In this document: piece by piece, positions 45,159 through 53,820 of the stretch
How the letters are laid out: each line of letters starts with the position of its first letter
Numbering within the stretch: the stretch's first letter is position 1
From: Candidatus Acidiferrum sp.
Lineage (GTDB): Bacteria > Chloroflexota > Dormibacteria > CF-121
Direction of reading: 5' to 3'
NCBI GenBank assembly: GCA_035602395.1
Contig: DATNMH010000005.1
Span: 13,009 to 77,008, forward strand
DNA: 64,000 bases
Made by a program: the position numbers and the translations under genes
The notes under the pieces: generated by a model
Seen by the model: only the letters and a program-made list of their open reading frames with translations
Told to the model about the DNA's origin: nothing
Database searches by the model: none

Positions 45159-45188
45159 ATTCTACGGGCGCCCTCCCGACAGGGTCAA
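45159..45188 (-). promoter_or_regulatory. sigma70-like promoter for the family-5 SBP gene (TTGACC-N18-TAGAAT)
   Basis: On the minus strand: TTGACC (45188-45183) and TAGAAT (45164-45159), with SD GGAGGG 4 nt before ATG 45137. Lies in a lower-GC spacer. Confidence 0.45.
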
Positions 45189-45227
45189 CGAAACTCCCGC
45201 TTTTCTAAGGTTCCCTAACAAAACGGA

Positions 45228-46811
45228 TCAGTCCATCCACCAGTCGGCCGCGTTCCAAAGCGTGGTATCCGGCGCGGGGTTAGGCAACAGATTGTGCACA
45301 TGTGGGCTCGCGACCACGACGAGCACCCGCTCGAAGAGCGGCAGCTCATAGCCAAGCTGCGCATAGGCGCGTTCGAAGGCCGCGTAGGCTTTGGCCCGGT
45401 CGATCATCACGAGCGTGCCGCGACCGCGATCGAGGTAACGATCGAGATCGGGATTGCTGAAGCGGCCGAAGTTCGAGCCCGACCCCTGGTTCTGATCGGT
45501 TGGGATCTGCGATGAATGTTCGAGCGGATAAACGCCGTCAGGGTCGGGACCGATGCTCCAGGTCCACAACCCGGCCTCGAACTGGCCGCGCTCCAGCAGC
45601 CCACCCTCCGCATAGCCACTGAATAGATCGCTGGGGTGAGCGTCGGTTGGGATCACCTCGGCTCCGAGTTTGCGCCAGTCGGCGATCATCTGATCGCGGA
45701 TGGCGTTGCGAAGAGGGCTGCCGAGCGCTGTCACCAGGTGAAAACTCAGACGCCGTCCCGCTTTGCTGCGAATGCCATCCGGACCGACCGCCCACCCATC
45801 GCCGTCGAGCAGTCGGGTGGCGGCGCCCAGGTCAAAGACGATCGAGACATTGGGATCGTGAAACGACGTCAGCGCGCTGGGGATCGGCGATTCGGCGAGC
45901 TGCGCCTGACCGCGGAAGAAATTCTTGAGCATGGCGGGCCGGTCGACCGCCATGCGCAGCGCCTGGAGCAGCGCCGGATCGCCCTTCCAGGGCGGCGGCT
46001 GGCCGGTCACCGGATTCGGATCGGCCTGGTTGAAGGTGACCTGCTCGTAGGCGAGCTGCGATCGATGCTGCGTCGTCGCCGAACCGGTGTTGGTCAACGT
46101 CGCTAACTGGTCGTCAGGGATTTCCAGTGCCACCGAAACCTGACCCGCATGCGCCGCCGCGATCAGCTGACCGGATTCCGGGTAGAGCTTGTACACGATG
46201 CTGTCGAGGTGTGGCCGCCGTCCCGATCGACCCTGCGACCAGGCATCGTTGCGAATCAGCATGATGTGGTCGTCCGGAACCATCTCCGAGATCTTGAACG
46301 GACCGCTGACGACATCCGGTCGGGCCCAGAAGGCATCGCCAGCCAGCGCCTCGGGGGCAATTCCACCTAATCGATGCTTCGGCAGAATGGCCGGGAAGAG
46401 GTTGAGAAACTTCGGATAGACACGATCGAAGACCAGTGTGAAGCGTTGCGCGTCGTGGATGTCGACTCGCAAGATCGACCGGTAGCCGTCCGGTGAAAGA
46501 ACGCCCTGCACTTTCGGGTTGACGATCAGTCCCCAGGTGAACGCCACGTCGTCCGCGGTTAATGGCTGACCATCGGACCAGCGCAATCCAGACCGCAGCC
46601 GGTAGGACACCTCCATCGTGCCGGCGGCTCGATTCCAATTCACGTCCCCGTTTTGCAGCGTGGGGACGCGCTCGACGAGATCGGCGATCGGCTGCAGGTT
46701 GTTATCGAGCTTCACCAGACCGGTGTAGAGCAGCGCGTCAACCTGCGCGGCCGGCACTTCTTCGTTAAAGAGCGGCGAAAAGTTCGTCGGGCTCTCCCAG
46801 TCCCCCACCAC
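45228..46811 (-). CDS. ABC transporter substrate-binding protein, family 5. The true N-terminus probably extends upstream (see findings)
   Basis: 527 aa SBP_bac_5 from the GTG at 46811. The in-frame upstream sequence encodes a lipoprotein signal (RASLVALALLPLLGGCSS) but has no ATG/GTG/TTG before the stop at 47055-47057. Confidence 0.75.
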   Translation of the reverse strand: MVGDWESPTNFSPLFNEEVPAAQVDALLYTGLVKLDNNLQPIADLVERVPTLQNGDVNWNRAAGTMEVSYRLRSGLRWSDGQPLTADDVAFTWGLIVNPKVQGVLSPDGYRSILRVDIHDAQRFTLVFDRVYPKFLNLFPAILPKHRLGGIAPEALAGDAFWARPDVVSGPFKISEMVPDDHIMLIRNDAWSQGRSGRRPHLDSIVYKLYPESGQLIAAAHAGQVSVALEIPDDQLATLTNTGSATTQHRSQLAYEQVTFNQADPNPVTGQPPPWKGDPALLQALRMAVDRPAMLKNFFRGQAQLAESPIPSALTSFHDPNVSIVFDLGAATRLLDGDGWAVGPDGIRSKAGRRLSFHLVTALGSPLRNAIRDQMIADWRKLGAEVIPTDAHPSDLFSGYAEGGLLERGQFEAGLWTWSIGPDPDGVYPLEHSSQIPTDQNQGSGSNFGRFSNPDLDRYLDRGRGTLVMIDRAKAYAAFERAYAQLGYELPLFERVLVVVASPHVHNLLPNPAPDTTLWNAADWWMD

Positions 46812-46956
46812 CAGGGTTCCGCCCTCGTGGCGCGCGGGCTCCGGTTGGTACTGCGACCCAGGCGGGCTGGCGGTGCCCAGGGAAATCCCAGGAACCGAGG
46901 GCAGCGAGCTGCAGCCGCCAAGCAGGGGCAGCAGCGCCAGGGCAACGAGCGAAGCT

Positions 46957-47571
46957 CTAGATGTTATCGAGGATCTTGCGGCGCTTCCGTTGGAATTCGC
47001 CCTCGGTGATGGCGCCCCGCTTGCGGAGCTTTTCCAGCTGACCCATGTTGGAGATCAGGTCCACGAGAGGCGAGGAAAGGCGCTTGCTCACATGCCGATC
47101 TTTCGTGCCGTCGAACTCCATCGGCCTGGTGTCCCAGGTCTTCAAGTAGAAGAGTGCCTTCAGGGCGGTATAAGGAATGCCCAGGGTTTCGATCCGATCC
47201 TTTTCCACGGTCATCAGCCGCATGGTCACCCCGTGACTGGCGTGGCGAAGCTCGCCGTCGAGGTAGCCCCGCAACACTTCACCGTCTTGAAAGCGGATAG
47301 CGACCTTCTTGCCGGCACGGGCTTGCTCGTCAGCAGTCGGCTGCCCGGCGGTGAGGGTGATGCGCTTGATCGACGGTAACGGGATGAGGGCACGCTCGTT
47401 GTTGCTCCCCTCGTCCGGCATCTCGAGCTCGATGTTCGGTTGGTCCAGATCGATCCCGCCGACCCGGCCCTCCATGATCTCGTCGTCCAGGAAGCGGACT
47501 GTTACGGTGGTGGCTTTTCCAGCCTGGGGACTGCCCATGTGTGGCCCTCGTGGTGGTGACGTCAGCGGCAT
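46957..47571 (-). CDS. hypothetical protein with C-terminal SHOCT domain
   Basis: C-terminus MGQLEKLRKRGAITEGEFQRKRRKIL matches the SHOCT motif. Two similar upstream beta-rich repeats. The start may be the internal Met (MGSPQAGK, 47538). Confidence 0.55.
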   Translation of the reverse strand: MPLTSPPRGPHMGSPQAGKATTVTVRFLDDEIMEGRVGGIDLDQPNIELEMPDEGSNNERALIPLPSIKRITLTAGQPTADEQARAGKKVAIRFQDGEVLRGYLDGELRHASHGVTMRLMTVEKDRIETLGIPYTALKALFYLKTWDTRPMEFDGTKDRHVSKRLSSPLVDLISNMGQLEKLRKRGAITEGEFQRKRRKILDNI

Positions 47572-47747
47572 TATAACGAGCCAATCGCGGAACTCCTGCG
47601 AAAAGATCGCGGCCCTGTGACAAAGTTGGAAATTGCGTCGCTGAGTCGTGCAATCGGCGCAAGACTGGGTGCTATGATTCGCCAGCGACTCGGCGGGAGA
47701 AACCTCTCGTCGAACGATTTTGCCGAGTCCGGGGTGGGAGACAAGTA

Positions 47748-48614
47748 GTGACGCGAGTTGCCAAAGGGCCCTCGGATCTCGATCTCATACGCGATTACCT
47801 CGGCGGCGACGTGGCCGCCTTCGACACTCTGTTCCGGCGGTACCACAAGGCGATCTACGGCCTGACCTTTCGGCTCTTGCGCGATCGCCAGCTCGCCGAG
47901 GACCTGACTCAGGAGACCTTCTTCCAGATCCTCCGCACCATCCACCGCATCAACGACAGCTTCAATTTCTCGGCCTGGATCCACCGCATCGCGACCAACC
48001 TCTGCTACGACGAGCTCCGTCGCCGTAAGAAGTTCCCCGAAGCGCAGGAGATCGACGACGAAGAAAGCGAAGACTCCGTCCTCCAGGTGCCCGATGGCGA
48101 CGCTCGCAAGAGCCCCGAAGTCGCCCTCGAAATCAGCGAACTGCGCGACGCCGTCTGGTCGGTGGCGCGCCGCTTACCAGAAAAATACCGGCTGGTCCTG
48201 ACCCTCCGCGAGCTGCAGGGTCTCAGTTACGCCAACATCGCCCGCAAGATGAAGGTCTCCGAGAGCGCGGTGGAGACCTTGCTGCACCGAGCTCGCCGCC
48301 GCTTCAAGGAGGAATTTCTCTTCATGGAGGGGAAGGCCCAGACCGAGGAGACGCGTTGCCCGACGATCGCTTACCTGCTCGACAACTTCCCGCCCGGAAC
48401 GCTCCGGCGGGAGCAACGGAAGATGGTGGCGCAGCACCTCGAGTCCTGCCCGGCCTGCACCGAGCGGTATCCAAACCCGCCCCATCTGCAGCGCAACGAC
48501 GTCATCGTCCAGCTGAATACCGGTGTGGTCACGCGGCGCCTTACGTCGAGGGTGCGCCACCCCAAGATCTCCTTCATGGACGGGCGCGTCCAGGGCGGTT
48601 ACCGCAAGCACTAA
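47748..48614 (+). CDS. ECF sigma-70 factor with fused C-terminal ZAS-type zinc-finger extension
   Basis: GTG start after SD GGGAG. Region 2 (DLTQETFFQILRT) and region 4 (LQGLSYANIARKMKVSESAVETLLHRAR). About 90-aa extension with an HxxxCxxC motif (HLESCPAC). Confidence 0.8.
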   Translation: MTRVAKGPSDLDLIRDYLGGDVAAFDTLFRRYHKAIYGLTFRLLRDRQLAEDLTQETFFQILRTIHRINDSFNFSAWIHRIATNLCYDELRRRKKFPEAQEIDDEESEDSVLQVPDGDARKSPEVALEISELRDAVWSVARRLPEKYRLVLTLRELQGLSYANIARKMKVSESAVETLLHRARRRFKEEFLFMEGKAQTEETRCPTIAYLLDNFPPGTLRREQRKMVAQHLESCPACTERYPNPPHLQRNDVIVQLNTGVVTRRLTSRVRHPKISFMDGRVQGGYRKH

Positions 48615-48958
48615 TCCGGACGGCGTTTCGGCGGCTCGATCGTGACCTCGATCTCCGTGATTTCCACCCCGTGCCAGTGGCGATCGCGTTCTTCGTGCTC
48701 GATCTCCCCGAGCTGGTGACGGTGTCGCGGATCCTCTGAGGGATGGTCGTGCTCGAAAGGCGACTCCAGCCGATGACGGTGCTGCGGCTCTTTGCCGGTG
48801 CGCTGGGCCGGCGCAGTCATGATGATGTGTGTGTGGTCGTGGCGATCGTCGCCATGAGCACCGTGCGAATGCTCGATGACCTCGATGAGGCGGTGCCGGT
48901 GGGGCGCCGCATCGAAGCCGTGACGGTGGAGGTACTCGTCATCGTGGCGGTGAGGCAT
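48611..48958 (-). CDS. histidine-rich protein (about 22 % His)
   Basis: 115-aa ORF with high GC3 and about 25 His in HxH/HRH clusters. 29 nt downstream of, and co-directional with, the glycerate kinase gene. Confidence 0.4.
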   Translation of the reverse strand: MPHRHDDEYLHRHGFDAAPHRHRLIEVIEHSHGAHGDDRHDHTHIIMTAPAQRTGKEPQHRHRLESPFEHDHPSEDPRHRHQLGEIEHEERDRHWHGVEITEIEVTIEPPKRRPD

Positions 48959-48987
48959 GCTGCGATCTTAGGCGGTCGGGCTGGCAC

Positions 48988-50127
48988 TCACCGCAGGCGA
49001 CGGCCGGTCAACACCAGCCACATCAGACGGGTCGCCGCCCGCACCAGAAGGGGCCGCGCCTGGGCGATGGCGTCTTCGAGCGAGCCTGGTTCGACCACGG
49101 TCGCCTCGAGTGCGTCGAACAGCAGCCGCAGCTCGGTCTCGTCGGCGACGCTCCCGCCGATGGCGACCACCGGGATGCCCGCGTTCTTCGCATGGCGCGC
49201 CACCGCGGCGGGGCCCTTCCCGAAACGTGCGGTTTGGGAATCGATGCGGCCCTCGCCGGTGATCACGAGGTTTGCCCCGGTTAGGCGCTCGTCCAGGTGC
49301 AGCGCCTCCATCACCATCTCGGCGCCCGGCCGCAGCCGCGCCCCGGTAAAAGCCACGAGCCCGGCGCCCAGGCCGCCTGCGGCACCGGCACCCGGCAATC
49401 GCTCGACGTCCACCCCGAGGTCGCGGCGGATGATCTCGGCGAAGTGATGGAGCGCATCATCCAGTTCCGCCACCATCTCGGGTGTGGCGCCCTTCTGCGG
49501 GCCGTAGACGGCGGTCGCCCCACTTGGTCCTGTCAGGGGATTGGTCACGTCGGAGGCAACGTCGACCTCGGCTTGCTTCCAGTTGGCGTGCACCCCGCCC
49601 ACGTGGATCCGCGCCAGACGCTGCAGTGCGAGTCCCCCGGGTGGCAGTTCGCGGCCGGTTTCATCGAGCAGGTGGTAGCCGAGCGCCTGCGCCAGGCCGG
49701 CGCCGCCGTCGTTGGTCGCGCTGCCGCCGATGCCGACGACGAAGTGGCGCGCGCCCTCGTCGTACGCGTGTTGCATGAGCTCGCCGACGCCGTACGTGGT
49801 CGTGGCCCGTGGGTCCCGTTTTTCCTTTGGCACGAGCGCCAGCCCGGCCGCCTTAGCCATTTCGATCACCGCGGTCGAGCCTGCATCGATCAGCCCGTAA
49901 TCAGCATCGACGGGATCACCCAGCGGCCCCCGAACCCGGCCCGTGCGTCGCTGGCCCTCCGTCGCTGACACCAGCGCGTCGACCGTTCCGTCACCACCGT
50001 CAGCGATCGGGACCAACACCAGGTCCGCATCCGGTGCGGCGATGCGGATGCCCTCGGCAATCGCGGTCGCCGCCTCGAGCGCGGACAGCGACCCTTTGAA
50101 GGCATTGGGCGCGATGACGATACGCAT
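48988..50127 (-). CDS. glycerate kinase
   Basis: 379 aa with a GlxK/GarK family N-terminus (MRIVIAPNAFKGSLSALEAATAI..). Confidence 0.85.
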   Translation of the reverse strand: MRIVIAPNAFKGSLSALEAATAIAEGIRIAAPDADLVLVPIADGGDGTVDALVSATEGQRRTGRVRGPLGDPVDADYGLIDAGSTAVIEMAKAAGLALVPKEKRDPRATTTYGVGELMQHAYDEGARHFVVGIGGSATNDGGAGLAQALGYHLLDETGRELPPGGLALQRLARIHVGGVHANWKQAEVDVASDVTNPLTGPSGATAVYGPQKGATPEMVAELDDALHHFAEIIRRDLGVDVERLPGAGAAGGLGAGLVAFTGARLRPGAEMVMEALHLDERLTGANLVITGEGRIDSQTARFGKGPAAVARHAKNAGIPVVAIGGSVADETELRLLFDALEATVVEPGSLEDAIAQARPLLVRAATRLMWLVLTGRRLR

Positions 50128-50158
50128 CAGCGCGCCGCCAGTAGACCTACGGCCGCCG

Positions 50159-51130
50159 TCAGTAGACCGGTGTCAACCAGTTGCGGTACTTGGCGCTGTT
50201 TCCCCTGACGATGTCGAAGTAGAGCTTCTGGAGCTTGGTCACCACCGGCCCGACCTGGCCATCGCCGATCGGCCGGCGATCGACATCGATCACGGGTGAG
50301 ATCTGGGCGCCGGTTCCGCAGAGGAAGATCTCATCGGCGATATACAGCTCGGAGCGATCGATGGAGCGCTCCACGACCTCCATGTCGAGCTCCTTGCGCA
50401 GCAGCTCCATCATCGCGAGCCGGGTCAAGCCCTCGAGGATGTTGTCGGAGGTGGGTGGCGTAAAGACCTTGCCGTCTCGGAGCAGGAAGATATTCTCCGC
50501 GCTGCCCTCGCAGACGTGGCCGTCCTGGGTCAGCATGATCGCCTCGTCGAAGCCGTTTTCCATCGCCTCGGTCTTGGCGAGTGCGGAGTTGACGTAGATG
50601 CCGGTGATCTTGGCGCGAGCCGGTGCGACGTTATCGTCGATCCGCCGCCAGCTCGACACCATGCAGCGGATCCCGCCGTCGACCTCGACGTAATTGCCAA
50701 AAGGCGTCACGTAAATGGCGAACGAATCCTTGAGGTTGTGAAGACGGACGCCGATCTCTTCGGAACTCTTGAAAGCGAACGGCCGGATGTAAACGTCCTG
50801 CCGGAAGTTGTTGCGCCGAATGAGCTCGATGCTAGTTTCGCAGAGCTCGTCCAGGTTCATTGGGATCTTCAGCTTCAACACTTTCACGGAGTTCTGCATC
50901 CGGCGGTAATGCTCCCGCAGCTTGAGCAGGAAGAGCTGCTCGTGCTCGGGGCTCCAGTAGCCACGAATGCCCTCGAAGACCCCGGTCCCGTATTGCAACG
51001 CGTGCGTCATCAACCCGACCTTGGCGTCGGCGTAACGCTTGACCTCCCCGTCGAGGTACACCCAGTACTGACCCTGCTCCTTCCGCCGCCCTTCGGATGC
51101 GCGGGTAACGCCTTCTGCCTTGATCGCCAT
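50159..51130 (-). CDS. ilvE: branched-chain amino acid aminotransferase
   Basis: Start at the internal ATG 51130 (MAIKAEG...) with upstream GGAGG. Class IV aminotransferase motifs (EGIRGY, TGAQISPV). Confidence 0.9.
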   Translation of the reverse strand: MAIKAEGVTRASEGRRKEQGQYWVYLDGEVKRYADAKVGLMTHALQYGTGVFEGIRGYWSPEHEQLFLLKLREHYRRMQNSVKVLKLKIPMNLDELCETSIELIRRNNFRQDVYIRPFAFKSSEEIGVRLHNLKDSFAIYVTPFGNYVEVDGGIRCMVSSWRRIDDNVAPARAKITGIYVNSALAKTEAMENGFDEAIMLTQDGHVCEGSAENIFLLRDGKVFTPPTSDNILEGLTRLAMMELLRKELDMEVVERSIDRSELYIADEIFLCGTGAQISPVIDVDRRPIGDGQVGPVVTKLQKLYFDIVRGNSAKYRNWLTPVY

Positions 51131-51306
51131 CAGCCGACGACCTCCTTTTTGCCTTATCCAGAGGCGGCGTGAACTGGGCTCAGATGCCTTCCGAGACCCT
51201 GGGCCGATTATATGCCCGCCTCCTGGGGCCCGAATAGGATCCAATGGACGTAACGAAATCGGCGTGAAATGAGTTCAAAAAATGCTGTGCTAAGCTTGGG
51301 GCGCCG

Positions 51307-52638
51307 GTGGCCCCCTTACGGATGAACCCCCGGGTGGTGCGCTGGTTCACCCCCGGCCTCCACGTCAAGCGTTGGCTCGTCCTCCTGATGGTCGGGATGG
51401 TCCTGATCAGCCTCGGGATTGGCTACGCCCTGGCCAACGTCTACCGGTCGGGGATCCGGCTGCCCCCCATCTTCTACTACCTGACCTTGCAATTCATGCA
51501 CCGCTACGTCAGAGGCGCGCTCTTCGCCGCCCTCGGTCTGAGCATCATCCTGTACGCGCTGTACAAGCTCACCCAGTCGGTGCTTGGGCCCTTTCTGCCT
51601 GGCCGGGACCGAGCCCTCTCCGAGATCATCTACAACTACCGCTTCCTGCAAAAAGGCCCGCGGGTGGTCGCGTTGGGTGGCGGCACCGGACTTTCGACCC
51701 TGCTCCGCGGGCTGAAGAAGTACACCGGCAACCTGACCGCCATCGTCACGGTGGCGGACGACGGCGGGAGCTCGGGACGCCTTCGTAAGGAGTACCGGAT
51801 CCTGCCGCCCGGCGACTTCCGGCAGTGCATAACGGCGCTGGCCGACGTCGAGCCCTTGATGACGACCCTCTTCCAGCACCGCTTCAAGGAGGGCAGCCTG
51901 AACGGGCACTCCTTCGGCAACCTGTTCATCATGGCGATGGCCGAGATCACCGGCGACTTCGAGCACGCCATCCGGGAGTCCGGACGGGTTCTCGCCGTCC
52001 GCGGGCAGATCGTGCCGTCGACGCTGCGCGACGTGACGCTGATCGCCGAGATGGCCGATGGCGAGACCCGGGTCGGCGAGTCGAGCATCCCGCATGCGAA
52101 CGGGAATGGTGATGGCCACGGTGACGGTAACGGCGCAGTCGCCACCGCCACCGCCATCAAGCGGGTCTTCCTGCAACCCGAGTCGACCATCAACCCGGAA
52201 GCCGAAGAGGCGATCCTCAATGCCGAGATGATCACGGTCGGCCCGGGCAGCCTCTACACCAGCATCCTGCCCAACCTGGTCGTCGACGGAATGGCAGAGG
52301 CACTCAAAGCCTCCCCCGCGATCAAGGTCTTCATCTGCAACGTCGCCACCCAGCCGGGCGAGACCGACTTCTTCCGCGTGAGCGACCACCTGAAGGCGAT
52401 CGAGAACCACCTGGGGACGAACATCTTCGACTTCGTGGTCGTCAACAGCAACAACAACTTCCCGCTACCAACGTCAGCGCAGACCGCCGGCATCAAGCGG
52501 GTGGTGTACGACCCGGCGACGGTCAACCAGCGCAGCATCCACGCCGTCCTGGTGGACGTCGTCAACCCGCGCATCTCGACCCACCACGACCCCGACAAGC
52601 TCGCCCGCGCCATCATGAAGAAAATCTGGCGTAGCTAG
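51307..52638 (+). CDS. YvcK/CofD-family gluconeogenesis-factor-like protein with N-terminal membrane anchor
   Basis: GGGTGLSTLLRGLK motif. About 100-aa N-terminal extension with 2 TM helices. In-frame GNGDGHGDGNG low-complexity insert. Confidence 0.85.
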   Translation: MAPLRMNPRVVRWFTPGLHVKRWLVLLMVGMVLISLGIGYALANVYRSGIRLPPIFYYLTLQFMHRYVRGALFAALGLSIILYALYKLTQSVLGPFLPGRDRALSEIIYNYRFLQKGPRVVALGGGTGLSTLLRGLKKYTGNLTAIVTVADDGGSSGRLRKEYRILPPGDFRQCITALADVEPLMTTLFQHRFKEGSLNGHSFGNLFIMAMAEITGDFEHAIRESGRVLAVRGQIVPSTLRDVTLIAEMADGETRVGESSIPHANGNGDGHGDGNGAVATATAIKRVFLQPESTINPEAEEAILNAEMITVGPGSLYTSILPNLVVDGMAEALKASPAIKVFICNVATQPGETDFFRVSDHLKAIENHLGTNIFDFVVVNSNNNFPLPTSAQTAGIKRVVYDPATVNQRSIHAVLVDVVNPRISTHHDPDKLARAIMKKIWRS

Positions 52639-52656
52639 TTCCCGCTTCGCGTTCGC

Positions 52657-52805
52657 AGTTACACGGTGACTTACACGCGCCGATTGCGCCGTCCAGCCGC
52701 CCGCGGCGCACTCGCGCTGAAGAACGTGCGCTCGTGTGCTCGCGCGGGCGGCATGCGGCGCCGGCGCGTTACGCGCGAAAGCGCGGCTCGCCCTGCGGGC
52801 TCGCT
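52657..52805. repeat. structured GC-rich intergenic repeat, copy B (long form with 64-nt hairpin insertion)
   Basis: Same 5' and 3' modules as copy A, separated by the palindromic insert GCCGCCCGCG...CGCGGGCGGC. Its TTA (52769-52771) is used as the stop codon of the minus-strand PAP2 gene. Confidence 0.6.
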
Positions 52806-53713
52806 GTTCTGCTAACGGGGGTGGTGCGCGTGTGCCACCAGCTCGTGAAGGCGTCTTCGCCGAAGAAGACCGCCAGGGCGAAGACCATGCCGCCGATGAT
52901 GTCGACGATGTAGTGCTCGCCCAGGTAGACGATGCTGAGCCAGACACAGGCCGTATAGGCGAGCGTCGGCCACGCGCGGCGGCCCCAGAGGCGCAAGGCG
53001 AAGATCGCGCCGAGAAACGGATAGGCGGCATGGAGCGACGGCATGGCAGCGTACTGGTTGGGCGTGAGCCAGTGGTAGATGGTGGCCGGCACCGGTAGCC
53101 CGGGAATGTCCGTAAAGCTCGGCAGGGTGTGATCGATGATCTTGACCACTCCCGGCACAGCCTTCCAGGGCGGGGCGACCGGCAGCAGCAGGTAGAAGAC
53201 GAAGGCCGCGAATGACATCGCGATCAGCGCCCGCGAGAACCGCAAGAAACTCCGGCGGTCAATGATCCAGAAGAGGTACCCGAGTCCAAGCGGAAAGGCA
53301 AAGTGCAGGAAATAAAACATCGTGCCCGCGATGTCATACCAGTTCACCTGACCCGGGTGGTAGAACGCGTGCTGTAGGAGCAGGGTGGGAATCTGGCCGA
53401 AACTAATCAGCCGTTCGAGCGAGGTCACGTCGTGAATCGGCATCCCGAGCCTGCCGCCGAGTCCACGCAGGTACTCGTAGGACAGAAAGAGGACGAGAAA
53501 AGGGATCCAATCCGCGAGGAACAGCTTGGCCCGCCCGAGGATCAGGGCCGCGATCAGCATCAGGAGCAGGAAACGCTCGGGCGAAACCGACAGGTGGAGG
53601 ACGAAAACCATGAACAGGGTCACGACCACCAGGTAGCCGCCGACCAGCGATGGCAGGAGCCACGAGCGCCGGCGGGTCACGGTTGGACGCTGTGGCACGT
53701 CAGCCGGCTGCAC
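52769..53713 (-). CDS. PAP2-superfamily membrane protein (phosphatidic acid phosphatase type 2-like)
   Basis: Multi-TM protein with PAP2 motifs (PSLHAAYPF, ...). The last 13 codons and the stop come from the repeat element. Confidence 0.7.
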   Translation of the reverse strand: MQPADVPQRPTVTRRRSWLLPSLVGGYLVVVTLFMVFVLHLSVSPERFLLLMLIAALILGRAKLFLADWIPFLVLFLSYEYLRGLGGRLGMPIHDVTSLERLISFGQIPTLLLQHAFYHPGQVNWYDIAGTMFYFLHFAFPLGLGYLFWIIDRRSFLRFSRALIAMSFAAFVFYLLLPVAPPWKAVPGVVKIIDHTLPSFTDIPGLPVPATIYHWLTPNQYAAMPSLHAAYPFLGAIFALRLWGRRAWPTLAYTACVWLSIVYLGEHYIVDIIGGMVFALAVFFGEDAFTSWWHTRTTPVSRTASPQGEPRFRA

Positions 53714-53820
53714 CGGGACAGCTTACTCAAGCACGGCGAAAACAGCCTTCCTTAAACCGCGCTGAGAAGCGCGTCAGAAGATGGGATTTCGCCAAATCCG
53801 CCGTTATATTGAGACTCGCC

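Noticed and set aside
47572-47747. Possible ECF-type autoregulatory promoter (GGAAC ... CGTC) upstream of the ZAS-ECF sigma gene
   Set aside because: A GGAAC box occurs at about 47608, but the -10 region 16-17 nt downstream reads CGCGG rather than CGTC/GTC. This is too weak to call.
48743-49447. 234-aa + strand ORF antisense to glycerate kinase and the His-rich gene
   Set aside because: It has Arg/Ala-rich composition and no motif. The glycerate kinase frame is clearly conserved.
51131-51306. Possible T-box or attenuator leader upstream of ilvE
   Set aside because: A TATAAT-like box and a GC hairpin are present in the minus-strand leader. The leader is only about 75 nt and lacks specifier or T-box conserved sequence, so it is more likely a simple promoter plus 5'-UTR.
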